Assembly: GCA_022729235.1 (NCBI GenBank)
Contig: JALDAJ010000001.1
Location: 32,001-96,000, forward strand
Length of the DNA stretch: 64,000 nt
Reading direction: 5' to 3'
From: Candidatus Nanohalarchaeota archaeon
GTDB taxonomy: Archaea; Nanohalarchaeota; Nanosalinia; Nanosalinales; Nanosalinaceae
In this document: in pieces, positions 18,985 to 29,626 of the stretch
Numbering within the stretch: the stretch's first letter is position 1
Layout: the number at the start of each line of letters is the position of its first letter
The notes under the pieces: model-generated
Database searches by the model: none
What the model was told of the DNA's origin: nothing
Seen by the model: the letters and a program-made list of their open reading frames with translations, nothing else
Translations under genes and position numbers: made by a program

Positions 18985-19377
18985 TCAGGACTTGATATCT
19001 GAGGACGAGTAGTCTCCCTTCCCCTCTATCCTGGCTACGTCTACCTCATGACCCGTCGCCTTCTCCGCCATCTCTTTGACTTCTTTCTCATCGTGTCCCT
19101 GGTCGTATCCTAGTGTTATAACGTCCGGGTCCACGCGTTCCACGGTATCATAGATGTTTCCTTCCGTTCCTAGTACTGCCCTGTCAACTGTTTCCAGTGC
19201 CCTGATCATCTCTCTGCGCTCTTCTTCCTCAAATACCAGGTTCTTTTTCTCCGTGATACGCGAGTCGCGGGCTATCACAACTACCAGTCTGTCTCCGAGT
19301 TCTCCTGATTTCTTCAGGTAGTGGAGGTGTCCGGGATGAAGTACATCGAATGTTCCCTGAGCCATAACCGTTTTCAT
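18985..19377 (-). CDS. ribL: archaeal FAD synthase
   Basis: GTFDVLHPGH, VVIARD and LGYDQ motifs. Confidence 0.88.
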   Translation of the reverse strand: MKTVMAQGTFDVLHPGHLHYLKKSGELGDRLVVVIARDSRITEKKNLVFEEEERREMIRALETVDRAVLGTEGNIYDTVERVDPDVITLGYDQGHDEKEVKEMAEKATGHEVDVARIEGKGDYSSSDIKS

Positions 19378-19401
19378 ACCTAATTATTCTTCTTCAAACT
19401 A

Positions 19402-19953
19402 TTAAGCTAGAGCACTCAGTAGTTCCAGTGCCTCGGGACCTATCGCTGTGAAGAGTAGGGCATTGAAGACGATGTTAAAAACTGAGAACTGGAGATAACG
19501 GGGTACTTTGTCTCTCATTATAAGAGAAGTGCATAAAAGGAACACAGACTGCAACCCGATAGTCATAGCCGACCCCAGGAGAATTATGCCTGTACCGGCG
19601 AACATACCTGCGAGATAGCCTGCAGCAGCATATCCTGGCACCACCCATATTATGTAGACTCCTGGCGGATTCCCTGTAAACAGCTCGGTCAGTATGAACA
19701 GCAGTCCCAGTAAAGCCCCGGTCTCAGGACCGGAAACTACACCCATCAAAACCGTTGAAAACGTTGTGAGTTCTATCCCGAGACTGTTAAGTTCTAGTCT
19801 CGTGGTCATGATAGAAACTGCGGAAATCATGGCAAGTAGGATGATCGGGATCATATAGTCCAGAAGGTAGAAACCTATGGATATCAGCGCCAGTAAGAGA
19901 ATCAGCTTTCCTGCATGTTGGTATAAATGCTCCACGGCGTCTTCGTACAGCAT
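19402..19953 (-). CDS. ECF S-component-like membrane protein
   Basis: about 6 TM segments with GIELTT..TVL.G...GP..G motif; paralog of 40241-40795; start uncertain (ORF extends to 20001). Confidence 0.6.
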   Translation of the reverse strand: MLYEDAVEHLYQHAGKLILLLALISIGFYLLDYMIPIILLAMISAVSIMTTRLELNSLGIELTTFSTVLMGVVSGPETGALLGLLFILTELFTGNPPGVYIIWVVPGYAAAGYLAGMFAGTGIILLGSAMTIGLQSVFLLCTSLIMRDKVPRYLQFSVFNIVFNALLFTAIGPEALELLSALA

Positions 19954-20068
19954 CTCTACCCTAGCCTTGAATGATTCAAGCTCGATATCAATCACGTGCA
20001 AAACGATAGATTTTGAAAAGAGATAAAGGTTCGTCAGTTATATAGAGGGGGGTCGAGAAACTTCACCT

Positions 20069-20257
20069 ATGTCGGACCTGATGTCGGAACTCCTGGCTGC
20101 CCTGTTCACAATGGCACTGTCATTTTCAATACTTTTAGCCGCGGTGAGCGCTGATTTTCTCGGTATCTCGGAAGTATTACCAGACACCGCTGTTTTGGTA
20201 ATTTCGCTCGTGTCTGGGATAGCGGTTTTCCTGATTATGCACCTTGATATCCGGTAA
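20069..20257 (+). CDS. small 2-TM membrane protein
   Basis: 62-aa hydrophobic ORF. Confidence 0.6.
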   Translation: MSDLMSELLAALFTMALSFSILLAAVSADFLGISEVLPDTAVLVISLVSGIAVFLIMHLDIR

Positions 20258-20275
20258 GAACCTATTAAACATGCT

Positions 20276-22141
20276 CTAGTCGAAGAACTCTTCTATATCC
20301 TGCCATGGAGCCCTGGTTTTCTTGAGGTCGAATCCTGGTGGAAAGACTTTCCTGTAGTTCGACCAGTCGTAACGCTCGTCCATGTAAACCATGACCCCGC
20401 GGTCCTCCTTTGAACGTATGACACGTCCGGCAGCCTGTATCGCCCGGTTGACCGCAGGATAGCTGTAGCCATAGTCCCATCCCTTGTTGAACTTGTAGTC
20501 ATAGAAATTGATGAGAGCCTTCGTCTCCAGGTCCGGTTTCTGGAGCGGTAACCCGATGATGAACGCCGCCCTCATGATGTCGCCCGGGTAGTCCACCCCT
20601 TCTCCCAGTGAACCGGCAGCAACCCCGAGAAGCGCTGCGTCACCCTCATCCTTTCGTGAGGCGAACTCTTCAAACAGTCTCTGCTTGCCCTCCTTATTCA
20701 TCGACTGCTTCTCAACGAAGAGATTTCTGTCCGTTTTCTGCTCCATCTCCTCCTTGACACGGTGCATGAAGCTGTAGCTGGGGAAGAACACACCTACATT
20801 CCCGGGAACCGCCTCGAAGCTTTTCGCGAGGTACCACGCGTATTTCTGGTACATCGAGTCGTCACGCTCTGAGTACTTGGTCGTGACTGTCGGGACCATC
20901 AGGTCGAGCTGGTTTTCCTCCGGGAAAGGTGATTTGAACGCTTCCGTTTTCGCGCTAGTTTCCAGGCCAAGAAGATCCTTGTACATCTTCTGCGGTGTTA
21001 GAGTTCCGGACATCAGGATGCTTGCGTGCGCATCATTGAGCGGCTCCTTCGTTGACACCTGTGGGTCGAGGCAGGTGTACTTTATCTCTATGTACCGGTT
21101 GCCGGCGGATGAACGCGACCTCTTGATGCAGCGGAAGAAACCGTTATCATCGCCGTTCCACGCATCCAGAAACTCTGCGACTCCGCCACAGTAAGATTTC
21201 TCCCGTTCATCTCTTACCTCCTCTGCTATCGCTTCCAGGTCTACGATGAACTCTCCGTAGTCCTGGATGTTCTCGACCGCGTCTTTCAGGTCGTCCTTCT
21301 CTATCTTCTCCTCGTGACTTCCACTTGAGAACTCATCCGCGGCGATGGATTTCACCGCACCCATAAGTCTTTCGAGTTTCTCCTCCATCTCGTAGAACCC
21401 GAATTTTTCCGCCTCTGTAATCGCGCGGTCTATCTGAGGTATCGACATCGACTCGGAAAACAAAGAGCGGGTGCGCGATGGAAGGTTATGGGCTTCGTCA
21501 ACTACCAGTATCGTGTCTTCAAGCACGCAGCCCGCTCTCTCGAAAATCGATTCGCGGACACCAGGGTGGAATATGTGGAAGTAGTCTGCGATTATCAGGT
21601 CGCTTCTGCGGGCGAGTTCCATCATCATGTAGTAAGGGCAGAACTGAGGTGTTGAGCGTTTGAAATCCTCCGCGTGTTTCGGGTTACCCTCCAGTGTATC
21701 AAGTTTTTTCTTCGCCTTGTCTTTTAGCTGATGCTCGTCCATGTCGTACATTGCAGTGTAGAAGTCGCATCTCTCCTCATCGCGTAGAGTCTGGCAGTAG
21801 TCCTTGAAGTCGCGGGAGGTCATCTCCTCTACGCCGTTGACGTTGCACAGCCATTTCTTCCCGAGCAGGTCGATAACTGTCAGTTCTTCATCGTGACGTT
21901 CCTGCATCTTCTTCACAGTCTCCACGGCTATACTGTGTTGGGAGTGTCTCGGTGTCAGGAAGAACACCTTCTTGTTGTTCTGCTTCGCGTACTCAAGTGC
22001 CGGCGTCAAAGTTGCTGCGGTCTTGCCCAGTCCCGTGGGTGCGTGGGCGACAAGGCTATTTCCTTCTTCTATCGCCTCCTCGACCGATTTCATGAGATCA
22101 TCCTGTTTTTCCCTGACCTTGGAGAACGGGAATAGCTCCAT
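20276..22141 (-). CDS. xpd: XPD/Rad3-family Fe-S DNA helicase
   Basis: APTGLGKT, four Cys ligands, DEAHNL, SGTL and QAAGRVIR motifs. Confidence 0.93.
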   Translation of the reverse strand: MELFPFSKVREKQDDLMKSVEEAIEEGNSLVAHAPTGLGKTAATLTPALEYAKQNNKKVFFLTPRHSQHSIAVETVKKMQERHDEELTVIDLLGKKWLCNVNGVEEMTSRDFKDYCQTLRDEERCDFYTAMYDMDEHQLKDKAKKKLDTLEGNPKHAEDFKRSTPQFCPYYMMMELARRSDLIIADYFHIFHPGVRESIFERAGCVLEDTILVVDEAHNLPSRTRSLFSESMSIPQIDRAITEAEKFGFYEMEEKLERLMGAVKSIAADEFSSGSHEEKIEKDDLKDAVENIQDYGEFIVDLEAIAEEVRDEREKSYCGGVAEFLDAWNGDDNGFFRCIKRSRSSAGNRYIEIKYTCLDPQVSTKEPLNDAHASILMSGTLTPQKMYKDLLGLETSAKTEAFKSPFPEENQLDLMVPTVTTKYSERDDSMYQKYAWYLAKSFEAVPGNVGVFFPSYSFMHRVKEEMEQKTDRNLFVEKQSMNKEGKQRLFEEFASRKDEGDAALLGVAAGSLGEGVDYPGDIMRAAFIIGLPLQKPDLETKALINFYDYKFNKGWDYGYSYPAVNRAIQAAGRVIRSKEDRGVMVYMDERYDWSNYRKVFPPGFDLKKTRAPWQDIEEFFD

Positions 22142-22265
22142 GTGTTAGGGTGAGGATGAAACAATAAAACTCCTCGGACAAAAGCAGACCACACCTTCAA
22201 GAGAATTTACTACTTTACAATAACAAGATAATATAAGGCTGGAGTTACAATACTCTTTGTAGAAA

Positions 22266-22793
22266 ATGAAAACGGACTGCTCAAAGTTTCAGGGTATCGA
22301 AGCAGGTGTAGTAATCGAAGACCCGACTACAGTAGGATATGACCTAGAGATAGATCCAGAAGCTGTTGAATACATAAGAGAACAGGTAAATATCAGTAAT
22401 GCAGAAAATCCTACAGAGTATGGTATCGATTTAGTTCACGATCTATTGGATGTCAGGACAGAACATTCAGAAAACATGCAATTACTCAGACGAAACAGAA
22501 GAGAAAATGGCGGTGGAAGTGTTCCATTATCACTCGTTCACGATATCGGTTCCGGCGTATGCAAAGATTTCGCCGCAACCGGATGTATAGTGTACGACGA
22601 ACTAGGCCTGGACGCTCAATACGTCCAAGGAACGTTTGACGAAAATGAAGGCGATGACTTTTACGACCGACATGCATGGATAAGAGTAGAATATCAATTA
22701 GTTGATCCTATCTGGAAAAGAAGCGGACCCTATGATGAAATGGCAGATCAGTTCGGATATACTGCTGGAGAAAACCCTGTTAGAAATGCATAG
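22266..22793 (+). CDS. transglutaminase-like (Cys-His-Asp) protein
   Basis: GVCKDFA, HAW and VDP motifs. Confidence 0.75.
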   Translation: MKTDCSKFQGIEAGVVIEDPTTVGYDLEIDPEAVEYIREQVNISNAENPTEYGIDLVHDLLDVRTEHSENMQLLRRNRRENGGGSVPLSLVHDIGSGVCKDFAATGCIVYDELGLDAQYVQGTFDENEGDDFYDRHAWIRVEYQLVDPIWKRSGPYDEMADQFGYTAGENPVRNA

Positions 22794-22841
22794 ACCTTGG
22801 ATTCAGAAAGCGTTTAAAATGCTGTCCAAGAAAACTTCTCC

Positions 22842-23831
22842 ATGTCTTGGTACGCTGTAGAGGAACTTGAGAACGCATGGGAGGAGACTAAAGAGGTTCT
22901 CCTACCCTTTGACAGCGGTACCTGGGCGCGTCTTGTAGTCATAGTGATACTGACAGGTCATGGATTTAACTCCTCCGGCATTCCCTCGCCCGGCGGGGAC
23001 GCCGACCTCCTTGAAGACGATTTCGGGGAAAGCAGCAGTTACGATGAAATCTATGGCACCGCACTACAGCCCGATTTAGACGCCGCGCTCGAGAATGTTC
23101 CCGAGAATCTGATGACCGGGGATTACCTGAAATTTGCCCCGACAGATACACCCGCTGACGGTGTTTTGTTTGCGGTATTATCGACCGCGGTAATCCTTGT
23201 GACAGCGTTATTCCTTATCAGCAGCGTCTTCGAGCTCATATACTACCAGTCCCTGCTCGACAAGGATGTCAGGATAAGAAAGAACTTCAAGAAACACCTT
23301 GAAGGCGGGGCGAGGTACTTCGGCTTCCGGATAGGAGTATTCGTCCTGACCGCGCTAGTCCTAGCGGCCGTCGTGGGAGGGTTCATGGTCCACACCGCCG
23401 TAGGGATAATCGGCCTGCTTCTCGTACTTTTTGCGGCGCTTCCGGTCTGGATCTTCCTCGTCTTGACACACAACTTCGTACTGCTAAAGATGATAGAAAC
23501 CGGTCTCGGAGTACTTCCATCATGGAAAGAGCTCTGGCCCGACATCAAGGCAGAATGGAAAGAAGTACTGGTTTATCTACTCGTGAGAATCGGCCTTAAC
23601 ATCGTTTTCGGAATCACGGCGCTGATATGGGCGCTAATCACTTTCATGATCCTTGCTATCCCCGTAGCCATACTGGGTGTTCTACTTTATTTAGCGACAC
23701 CTGCGCTGGCAGCGATACCTCTTGCCCTGGGAGTTATAGCCTGGGTAATCCTCCTACTCGGCGCCCAGGTCGTCTTCCAGACCTACCTCTACAACTACGC
23801 AATCCTGGTCTACCACGACCTTACCACGTGA
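22842..23831 (+). CDS. multi-pass membrane protein
   Basis: about 6 hydrophobic segments; MSWYAVE N-terminus. Confidence 0.85.
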   Translation: MSWYAVEELENAWEETKEVLLPFDSGTWARLVVIVILTGHGFNSSGIPSPGGDADLLEDDFGESSSYDEIYGTALQPDLDAALENVPENLMTGDYLKFAPTDTPADGVLFAVLSTAVILVTALFLISSVFELIYYQSLLDKDVRIRKNFKKHLEGGARYFGFRIGVFVLTALVLAAVVGGFMVHTAVGIIGLLLVLFAALPVWIFLVLTHNFVLLKMIETGLGVLPSWKELWPDIKAEWKEVLVYLLVRIGLNIVFGITALIWALITFMILAIPVAILGVLLYLATPALAAIPLALGVIAWVILLLGAQVVFQTYLYNYAILVYHDLTT

Positions 23832-23838
23832 TAACATC

Positions 23839-24165
23839 ATGATGTCGATTAAATTCGAAGACAGTCTTATCGACCTGATACTTGAAGGAATGAAGGATAC
23901 CACGTGGAGACTCTGGGACGAGAAAGACGTGTCACCGGACCAGGAAGTTTCGCTTCAGGACACGGACGGCAACGAATTTGCAAGAGCACGCGTTCTATGG
24001 GTAAAAGACACGACTTTCGACAGGCTGACAGAGGAAGATAAAGAAGGCCACGAATCCTACGAGTCCAGAGAGGAGATGTACAGCACCTACGAGAGTTACT
24101 ACGACAGGGATGTCGAATCCGACACAGAGGTCAAGATCATCAAGTTCGAGCTTGTCAAGGAATAA
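23839..24165 (+). CDS. ASCH-domain protein
   Basis: ILEGMKDTTWR (GxKxxTxR-like) and EG motifs. Confidence 0.85.
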   Translation: MMSIKFEDSLIDLILEGMKDTTWRLWDEKDVSPDQEVSLQDTDGNEFARARVLWVKDTTFDRLTEEDKEGHESYESREEMYSTYESYYDRDVESDTEVKIIKFELVKE

Positions 24166-24261
24166 GAAAAAGGAAATGAGGGGAGGGGGAAGGATCAAGT
24201 GAAGCGGGTGAATCCGAAGGAGTCTGCCCTCGCAGAAAACCTCCGGTTTTCGAGTGAGTGA

Positions 24262-24408
24262 TTATAGCTCGTAATCGTCGTATTGCAAGAGTAGCAGGCG
24301 CACGGCTTCGTGGAACGCATCGGTCTTGTCCTTGAACAGTCCCTCTTCCACCATCCGGTCAAGTTCATCGTTCAGTTCGTCGGATAGTCTTACAGAAACC
24401 GTCGCCAT
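24262..24408 (-). CDS. ribbon-helix-helix (CopG-like) microprotein
   Basis: manually translated MATVSVRLSDELNDELDRMVEEGLFKDKTDAFHEAVRLLL... Confidence 0.8.
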   Translation of the reverse strand: MATVSVRLSDELNDELDRMVEEGLFKDKTDAFHEAVRLLLLQYDDYEL

Positions 24409-24505
24409 CTCTTTTCTGTACTACAATTCATCGCCAGCTTTTATAAAAGAAACGGTGTTTCGTATTATGTTTCTGGAGAAATCAGGAGTATGTAATACTA
24501 ATGTA

Positions 24506-24979
24506 TTAATCCCACGTTCCAGTACGGTAGTAGTTCTTCAGGTAGTCCGTCCATTTCTCCAGCTCCTCCTCTATCTCCTCACCCGACATGCGTTCGCCGG
24601 AGGCGAGCTTGCCCTGTACTATTCTGGTCGCGCCGTGACCAGCCGACTGCCGGGTTATCCTTATGTCGGTCTCATCCAGGTACTCCGTCTCCGGCGATGC
24701 GATTTCCTCTCTTTCAGGCTCCTCATCAACTTTCTCCTGGAATCCATGGAAGTTGGTGAAACCTTCCGCCGTTTTCGACCAGAGGATTCTCCATGACTCG
24801 TTCAGGTATTTTTCCCTGTCACGCGGCACTTCCTCTACGAGGTCATCTTCCAGAGTGGTGTAACGGTTGCCGGCGGAGTCCTCTACCACGAGAACATCGT
24901 ATCCCGAGCGATCCTCCACTTTTATGCTGACAGGTTCTATGATACGCTCTCTTAGCTGCGATTTTTCTTGATCCGGCAT
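24506..24979 (-). CDS. hypothetical protein, possible OB-fold ssDNA-binding
   Basis: beta-rich N-terminal half, acidic linker, IRITRQSA helix. Confidence 0.6.
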   Translation of the reverse strand: MPDQEKSQLRERIIEPVSIKVEDRSGYDVLVVEDSAGNRYTTLEDDLVEEVPRDREKYLNESWRILWSKTAEGFTNFHGFQEKVDEEPEREEIASPETEYLDETDIRITRQSAGHGATRIVQGKLASGERMSGEEIEEELEKWTDYLKNYYRTGTWD

Positions 24980-25026
24980 TTTTATCCTCCAAGATGAACT
25001 TGTACCTCAAGGCTTTTGTCTCTTGT

Positions 25027-26223
25027 TCAGAAGTCGGAGAGCGTGAACTGTCTTCCGCCCAGCAAACGGCTCTTATTCTTGATGCGAGAGTAAAGAAGGC
25101 GGAATTCTCTTCCGAGCTTCCAGTGCACGTCCCTGAACTCGTCCAGCTCCGTGGAGTTTCCGGGTTCCGGGTTGTCAAAGGCGTTCCTGACTGTTTCACG
25201 TATCACCCATACGCCGAGCGGAGCCCAGTACTCCGGCGTCACGTCCCGGACTATCAGCACCTTCGCCTGTCTTCCCCGGGACGCGAGGTGTTCGAGCGCG
25301 CCTAACCTTGCGGCGTAGTATGCGCCCGCGGTCTCTTCCGCGTAACCTGTTCTTCCCGAGTACGGCTCGTAGTTTGCAGGGATATAGGTGTCGCTGGCAG
25401 CGTTCCAGGTTGACCCCGGTCTCTTGAGTTCTACGAGTTCGTATTCCCACTTACCCGGAATTAGGAAGATGTGAAAGTAGTTTCCCACATAGCTGTTTTT
25501 GTAGTATTCTATCTGTCCCAGTTCCTGGCAGTCCTTCACCCGTTCCCGGAGCCTCTGGGATATCATGTCATCGCTCGCGGTTATCGACCACCTCGTAGGC
25601 ACTAGCTTCCTGTTCTCGACCTCGCCGAGCATTCCCGCGGATAAAGCCTGCTGGAGCTTGTAATTGTCAACCCCCTTTGTATAGAGTTCTCTCACCGCGC
25701 TCTCTGCTTTCCAGTCCGTATCGTAAAAGGCATCCTCCAGTTTTCTCTCGACCGACGGGTTCTCTCCGAGTATGAACTTTTCGATATCCCCAGAGGCTGA
25801 AACCGGTTTCACACGACCACCGGATATCGAGCTCTGGGGCTGTTTATCAAGCGATACCTCGACTTCAACAGGTTTTCGCGCCATCGCGATTTCCCGCGTG
25901 TTGTCGAGGAACCGATCGCTGTCCTCCACCTTTAGCTTTCTCTTCGAGTTGACAAGCGAGGTCCTTAACTGGGCTATCTTCCTGATATCGTAGCCCTCCC
26001 TGTACCATTCATCCGGCGAGTCAAGGAGTTCGGAACTGCCCGGGTGCTGCGGCGACAGGACGCCGGTATTGACCTTGGGATAGTTGCTGGAGCCTATGAA
26101 AACCGAGGGGGGCGACGTTCCGTGAAAGTCCTTCTTCCGCCGTTGTGAAGGCATCATGACCTCTTCCAGCCGTTTCCTAGCCTCCGCTGCACTCATACCC
26201 TTCGCGAGTTTGCCGTAGGCCAT
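25027..26223 (-). CDS. nreA: archaeal DNA repair protein Nre
   Basis: SPPSVFIG..YPKV, LVPTRWSITA, GVWVIRE and C-terminal PIP box QFTLSDF. Confidence 0.92.
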   Translation of the reverse strand: MAYGKLAKGMSAAEARKRLEEVMMPSQRRKKDFHGTSPPSVFIGSSNYPKVNTGVLSPQHPGSSELLDSPDEWYREGYDIRKIAQLRTSLVNSKRKLKVEDSDRFLDNTREIAMARKPVEVEVSLDKQPQSSISGGRVKPVSASGDIEKFILGENPSVERKLEDAFYDTDWKAESAVRELYTKGVDNYKLQQALSAGMLGEVENRKLVPTRWSITASDDMISQRLRERVKDCQELGQIEYYKNSYVGNYFHIFLIPGKWEYELVELKRPGSTWNAASDTYIPANYEPYSGRTGYAEETAGAYYAARLGALEHLASRGRQAKVLIVRDVTPEYWAPLGVWVIRETVRNAFDNPEPGNSTELDEFRDVHWKLGREFRLLYSRIKNKSRLLGGRQFTLSDF

Positions 26224-26298
26224 GGTGTAGAATTAGTGGCGAAAAGACTTGTAACTTTGGAACAGTCTTTTGCATATTCTTTCCTGATAGCTACATAG

Positions 26299-26811
26299 AT
26301 GACAAGCAAGGACGATGTGAGAGCTCTTTACAAGAACTTTCACGATATCTTTGACCTAGAATACGCGGAAGAGGAAAGATGGTGGTCGGATTTAACTAGT
26401 ACGGAAGGTTATGTCGAGACCGCAGAAAACCGATACTATCCTCTACCTGAGGATGCAGACAACATCAGGCACGCAGAGGCGACTTTTGAGATAGGTCGTG
26501 AGATAGCCGATACTATAGACCAAGATAAAAGAGAAATAGAACGATTACGTGAAGAGTTCGAAGAGTTGAGAGGTGAAATGCACGATATGCGTAACCGGAA
26601 TAGATCTGTGTATAAGAAAAATCAACTAGTACAGTACGGCGTTCTATTGGGCATCGTTGCAGAGGATATAGACCCTGAACCCGAGAACTGCTTGCCGGGT
26701 AACCCCTTCACCACCGGCAGAGAAACATATGAGGAAGAGATTCTCGAATTTTCCCAGAACATAGTTGACGCTCTCTCAGATGAAGATGAGAGAAAATTGA
26801 GAGCAGACTAA
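26299..26811 (+). CDS. hypothetical protein (orphan, coiled-coil segment)
   Basis: 170-aa acidic ORF. Confidence 0.7.
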   Translation: MTSKDDVRALYKNFHDIFDLEYAEEERWWSDLTSTEGYVETAENRYYPLPEDADNIRHAEATFEIGREIADTIDQDKREIERLREEFEELRGEMHDMRNRNRSVYKKNQLVQYGVLLGIVAEDIDPEPENCLPGNPFTTGRETYEEEILEFSQNIVDALSDEDERKLRAD

Positions 26812-28565
26812 CCTATCTTCCAGTGCGGATTTACTGAGTCCTTGATATTGACTATCTCGTCCAGGACGTTTTTCTCACCCTGCCCTATTATATCATCCAG
26901 CTCCTGTAGCCGGCGGTAGTCATCGCTTGTTATATCAGTGTAGAGTGTCTCGCCTTCCTCGAAGTCTCTACCTACCGTTGCACTCGATACTGAGACCGCG
27001 ACCTCGCTTCCTCTCTCCGCCTTATCCAGACTCTCGTTCTCCTCCTGGACCGACTTGACACGACCTACTTTCTCACCTTCAGTATTGAGGAGATATCCTC
27101 CTGGCTTGAGAACTCCTTCCACAACCTTTACCCCGCAAACCGCCGGATTTGACTGTCGGAAGACGTGTCCCTCAAGAACTCTTATCCGGGCAGGTCTCTG
27201 GATTGCTTCAAGAGCCATTTCACGCTGTTGTTGCTCCATCTCCTGCCTCCAGTCGTGATAGTCCTCTATTATCTCGTATATCACCGGGCTCTGGAATACC
27301 TCGACATTCTTGTCACGTGAAGCCTGTGTTCCCTGTTGGTTGATAGAGGTGTTAAAGGCAAGTATCGCGCGGTACTCCGGATCCTCACTGTCGATTTCTA
27401 CTACGTCGTTTTTGGTGACCTGACCGACTTCGGCTTTCTGGACCTGGATCTCCTCTTTCTCCAGCTCACGCATCAATGCCTCGAGGGAGCCGAGAGAGTC
27501 CGCCTTCGCGATGACCCCGTGTTTATGAGTTTCAAACTCTGCTGCCTCCAGCTCATCTTCTACTTCTTTCTTTGCATCTTCAAGCTCATCCACGGATGCA
27601 ACGCGTACAGGGGCGCCGGATATCACGCCTTCCATGTCTTTCCCGACTATCTTCACACCAGAGGCAGGATGTACCTCCTCCACATGGTCGAATTTCCTGT
27701 CGACACGTATCTCCTTCAACGGTTTTGGCTCCAGTAACGCACGTATATCAGTTACCTTGACGCCCTCCGACGTTCCGTACACTAGTTTCTCTTCCTTGGA
27801 TATCGTGCCATCGTAGTGTATCACGTCGATAGTGGTTCCGAGCCCCTCCTCCTGCGAGACCTCTAGGACGGTCCCGCGCCCTATACCTTCCTCTACTTTC
27901 AGACTGTCGGCGAGGTAGCGCTGGGAAAGCCCGGCGACAACCATCAGCAGCTCGGGGATACCTTCGCCTGTCTTCGCGCTCATCGGCACCATAGCTACTT
28001 TTTTACGGAAGTCATCCACTCTGTCAAACCTGTCCGCGACTATGTCGTACTCATTCAGTTCTCCCATCAACTCATAGATACGTTCGTCCAGCTGTTGCTT
28101 GACCTGGTCGGACTGTTTCTGGAGGCACTGCAGGAACGAACCATCAGAAGAGTTCCAGCCGTGCATCTTGTCAACTTTGTTCAGCGCGACGATGAAAGGC
28201 GTCTCCGACTCTTTCAGTATCTCTATAGCCTCCTCTGTCTGCGGCTGCACACCCTCTTCTATATCAATAACAAGAATCGCGATATCGCTTATCGATCCAC
28301 CTCGCTTCCTCAAGGACGAGAAAGCTGCGTGACCCGGCGTGTCTATGAAAAGTACCCCGGGGATAGTCACCTCTATATCTAAACGCTCAAGCAGGTCGCC
28401 GCAAACCTCCTCTACTGTTCCAAGAGGGACTTCTGTCGCGCCAATCATCTGTGTGATGCCTCCTGCCTCTCCCTCAACTATACGGGACTCTCTAATACGG
28501 TCGAGAAGTGTCGTTTTCCCCGAGTCGACGTGACCCAGTACTGAGAGTATCGGCTGGCGCGGCAT
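26808..28565 (-). CDS. infB: translation initiation factor aIF5B (IF2)
   Basis: GHVDSGKTT, GITQ.IGA, DTPGH and NKVD motifs. Confidence 0.97.
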   Translation of the reverse strand: MPRQPILSVLGHVDSGKTTLLDRIRESRIVEGEAGGITQMIGATEVPLGTVEEVCGDLLERLDIEVTIPGVLFIDTPGHAAFSSLRKRGGSISDIAILVIDIEEGVQPQTEEAIEILKESETPFIVALNKVDKMHGWNSSDGSFLQCLQKQSDQVKQQLDERIYELMGELNEYDIVADRFDRVDDFRKKVAMVPMSAKTGEGIPELLMVVAGLSQRYLADSLKVEEGIGRGTVLEVSQEEGLGTTIDVIHYDGTISKEEKLVYGTSEGVKVTDIRALLEPKPLKEIRVDRKFDHVEEVHPASGVKIVGKDMEGVISGAPVRVASVDELEDAKKEVEDELEAAEFETHKHGVIAKADSLGSLEALMRELEKEEIQVQKAEVGQVTKNDVVEIDSEDPEYRAILAFNTSINQQGTQASRDKNVEVFQSPVIYEIIEDYHDWRQEMEQQQREMALEAIQRPARIRVLEGHVFRQSNPAVCGVKVVEGVLKPGGYLLNTEGEKVGRVKSVQEENESLDKAERGSEVAVSVSSATVGRDFEEGETLYTDITSDDYRRLQELDDIIGQGEKNVLDEIVNIKDSVNPHWKIG

Positions 28566-28612
28566 AGAACATCACTATAACCTCTATCAGCTGGAAATTT
28601 TATAAAATCGAC

Positions 28613-29176
28613 CTAGCTTCGGGCGTCCTCCTCAAATTCAGCCGTCTCTCTATCATACCTTACAGCTTCTTCAATCTCTCCGAAGAAATGATCTAGAATA
28701 TCATCCCCCTCATCTAGACTTTGACGGGTTATTGTAGCAGCTCCGATATCAACTCTGCCTTCACTACTCTGTGTAGGATCAATATCTACGTACTTATCAC
28801 GCTGTTCCATCATCTCCCTGAAAGCGTCAGCAGCTGTACCTGCTTGAATTACTTCCGGCCACACAGCTGCATTTAGGGCAACGAAAACATCTTCATCCTC
28901 AGGAATCCCTTCTCCAGAACCTGAATAATGACCATCGACATATATGAAGATGCTGGCAGTCGTATCTTCGTCTTCATAGACAAACTCAGGATCGGAAACT
29001 TCAACTAAATGTTCCGCTCTGATCGGTTCATGAGTCCATTCATCATCCTCATACCTTCGTTTTCTCCAGCCATAGTCGTTAACTATATCTACAAGCTCCT
29101 CATAACGCTCTTCTGATACACCGTGAAACTCTGCAAACTCCTCTATACGGTTTTGACTCATGTGTGATAAAAACAT
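28613..29176 (-). CDS. hypothetical protein (orphan)
   Basis: 187-aa acidic ORF. Confidence 0.7.
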   Translation of the reverse strand: MFLSHMSQNRIEEFAEFHGVSEERYEELVDIVNDYGWRKRRYEDDEWTHEPIRAEHLVEVSDPEFVYEDEDTTASIFIYVDGHYSGSGEGIPEDEDVFVALNAAVWPEVIQAGTAADAFREMMEQRDKYVDIDPTQSSEGRVDIGAATITRQSLDEGDDILDHFFGEIEEAVRYDRETAEFEEDARS

Positions 29177-29235
29177 AGCAACTTTTAAAAATCAGCCGAT
29201 ACTCCTCAAGCCACTCAAAGATAATAGAATTTCTT

Positions 29236-29388
29236 CTATTCTTCTTTATCAGGGTAGCTGAGTGAACGTTCATTCAGGTAGTTCTTCTCGCACTTGCTGG
29301 AGCAGAAGTAAAGCTTCTCTCCTGACTGCAGGACAAGCATCTTGCCCTTTGTCTTTTCTACTTCAGTTCCACAGTAGTCGCATTCCAT
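29236..29388 (-). CDS. rpl24e: 50S ribosomal protein L24e
   Basis: manually translated MECDYCG...YFCSSKCEKN. Confidence 0.92.
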   Translation of the reverse strand: MECDYCGTEVEKTKGKMLVLQSGEKLYFCSSKCEKNYLNERSLSYPDKEE

Positions 29389-29439
29389 TTTACGAAAACA
29401 CCTCCGTGTTTTCTTGAGTTCCTGAATTCATGAATTCAG

Positions 29440-29616
29440 TCATCCCTCCATCTCCGTCTCCTTGATATGTACTACGTCGTCTTCTCTTACCGGTCCCCGG
29501 ACATTTCTCACAAGGATCTTTCCTTCCTCATCACCTTCTACTATCCTGCAACGCACCTTGCGGACACTGCGGTGTCCCTGTTCTCCGATTACTTCAACTA
29601 TTTTTGCGAGGACCAT
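29440..29616 (-). CDS. rps28e: 30S ribosomal protein S28e
   Basis: manually translated ...VRCRIVEG...RNVRGPVREDD...ETE. Confidence 0.93.
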   Translation of the reverse strand: MVLAKIVEVIGEQGHRSVRKVRCRIVEGDEEGKILVRNVRGPVREDDVVHIKETEMEG

Positions 29617-29626
29617 GATACATCAG

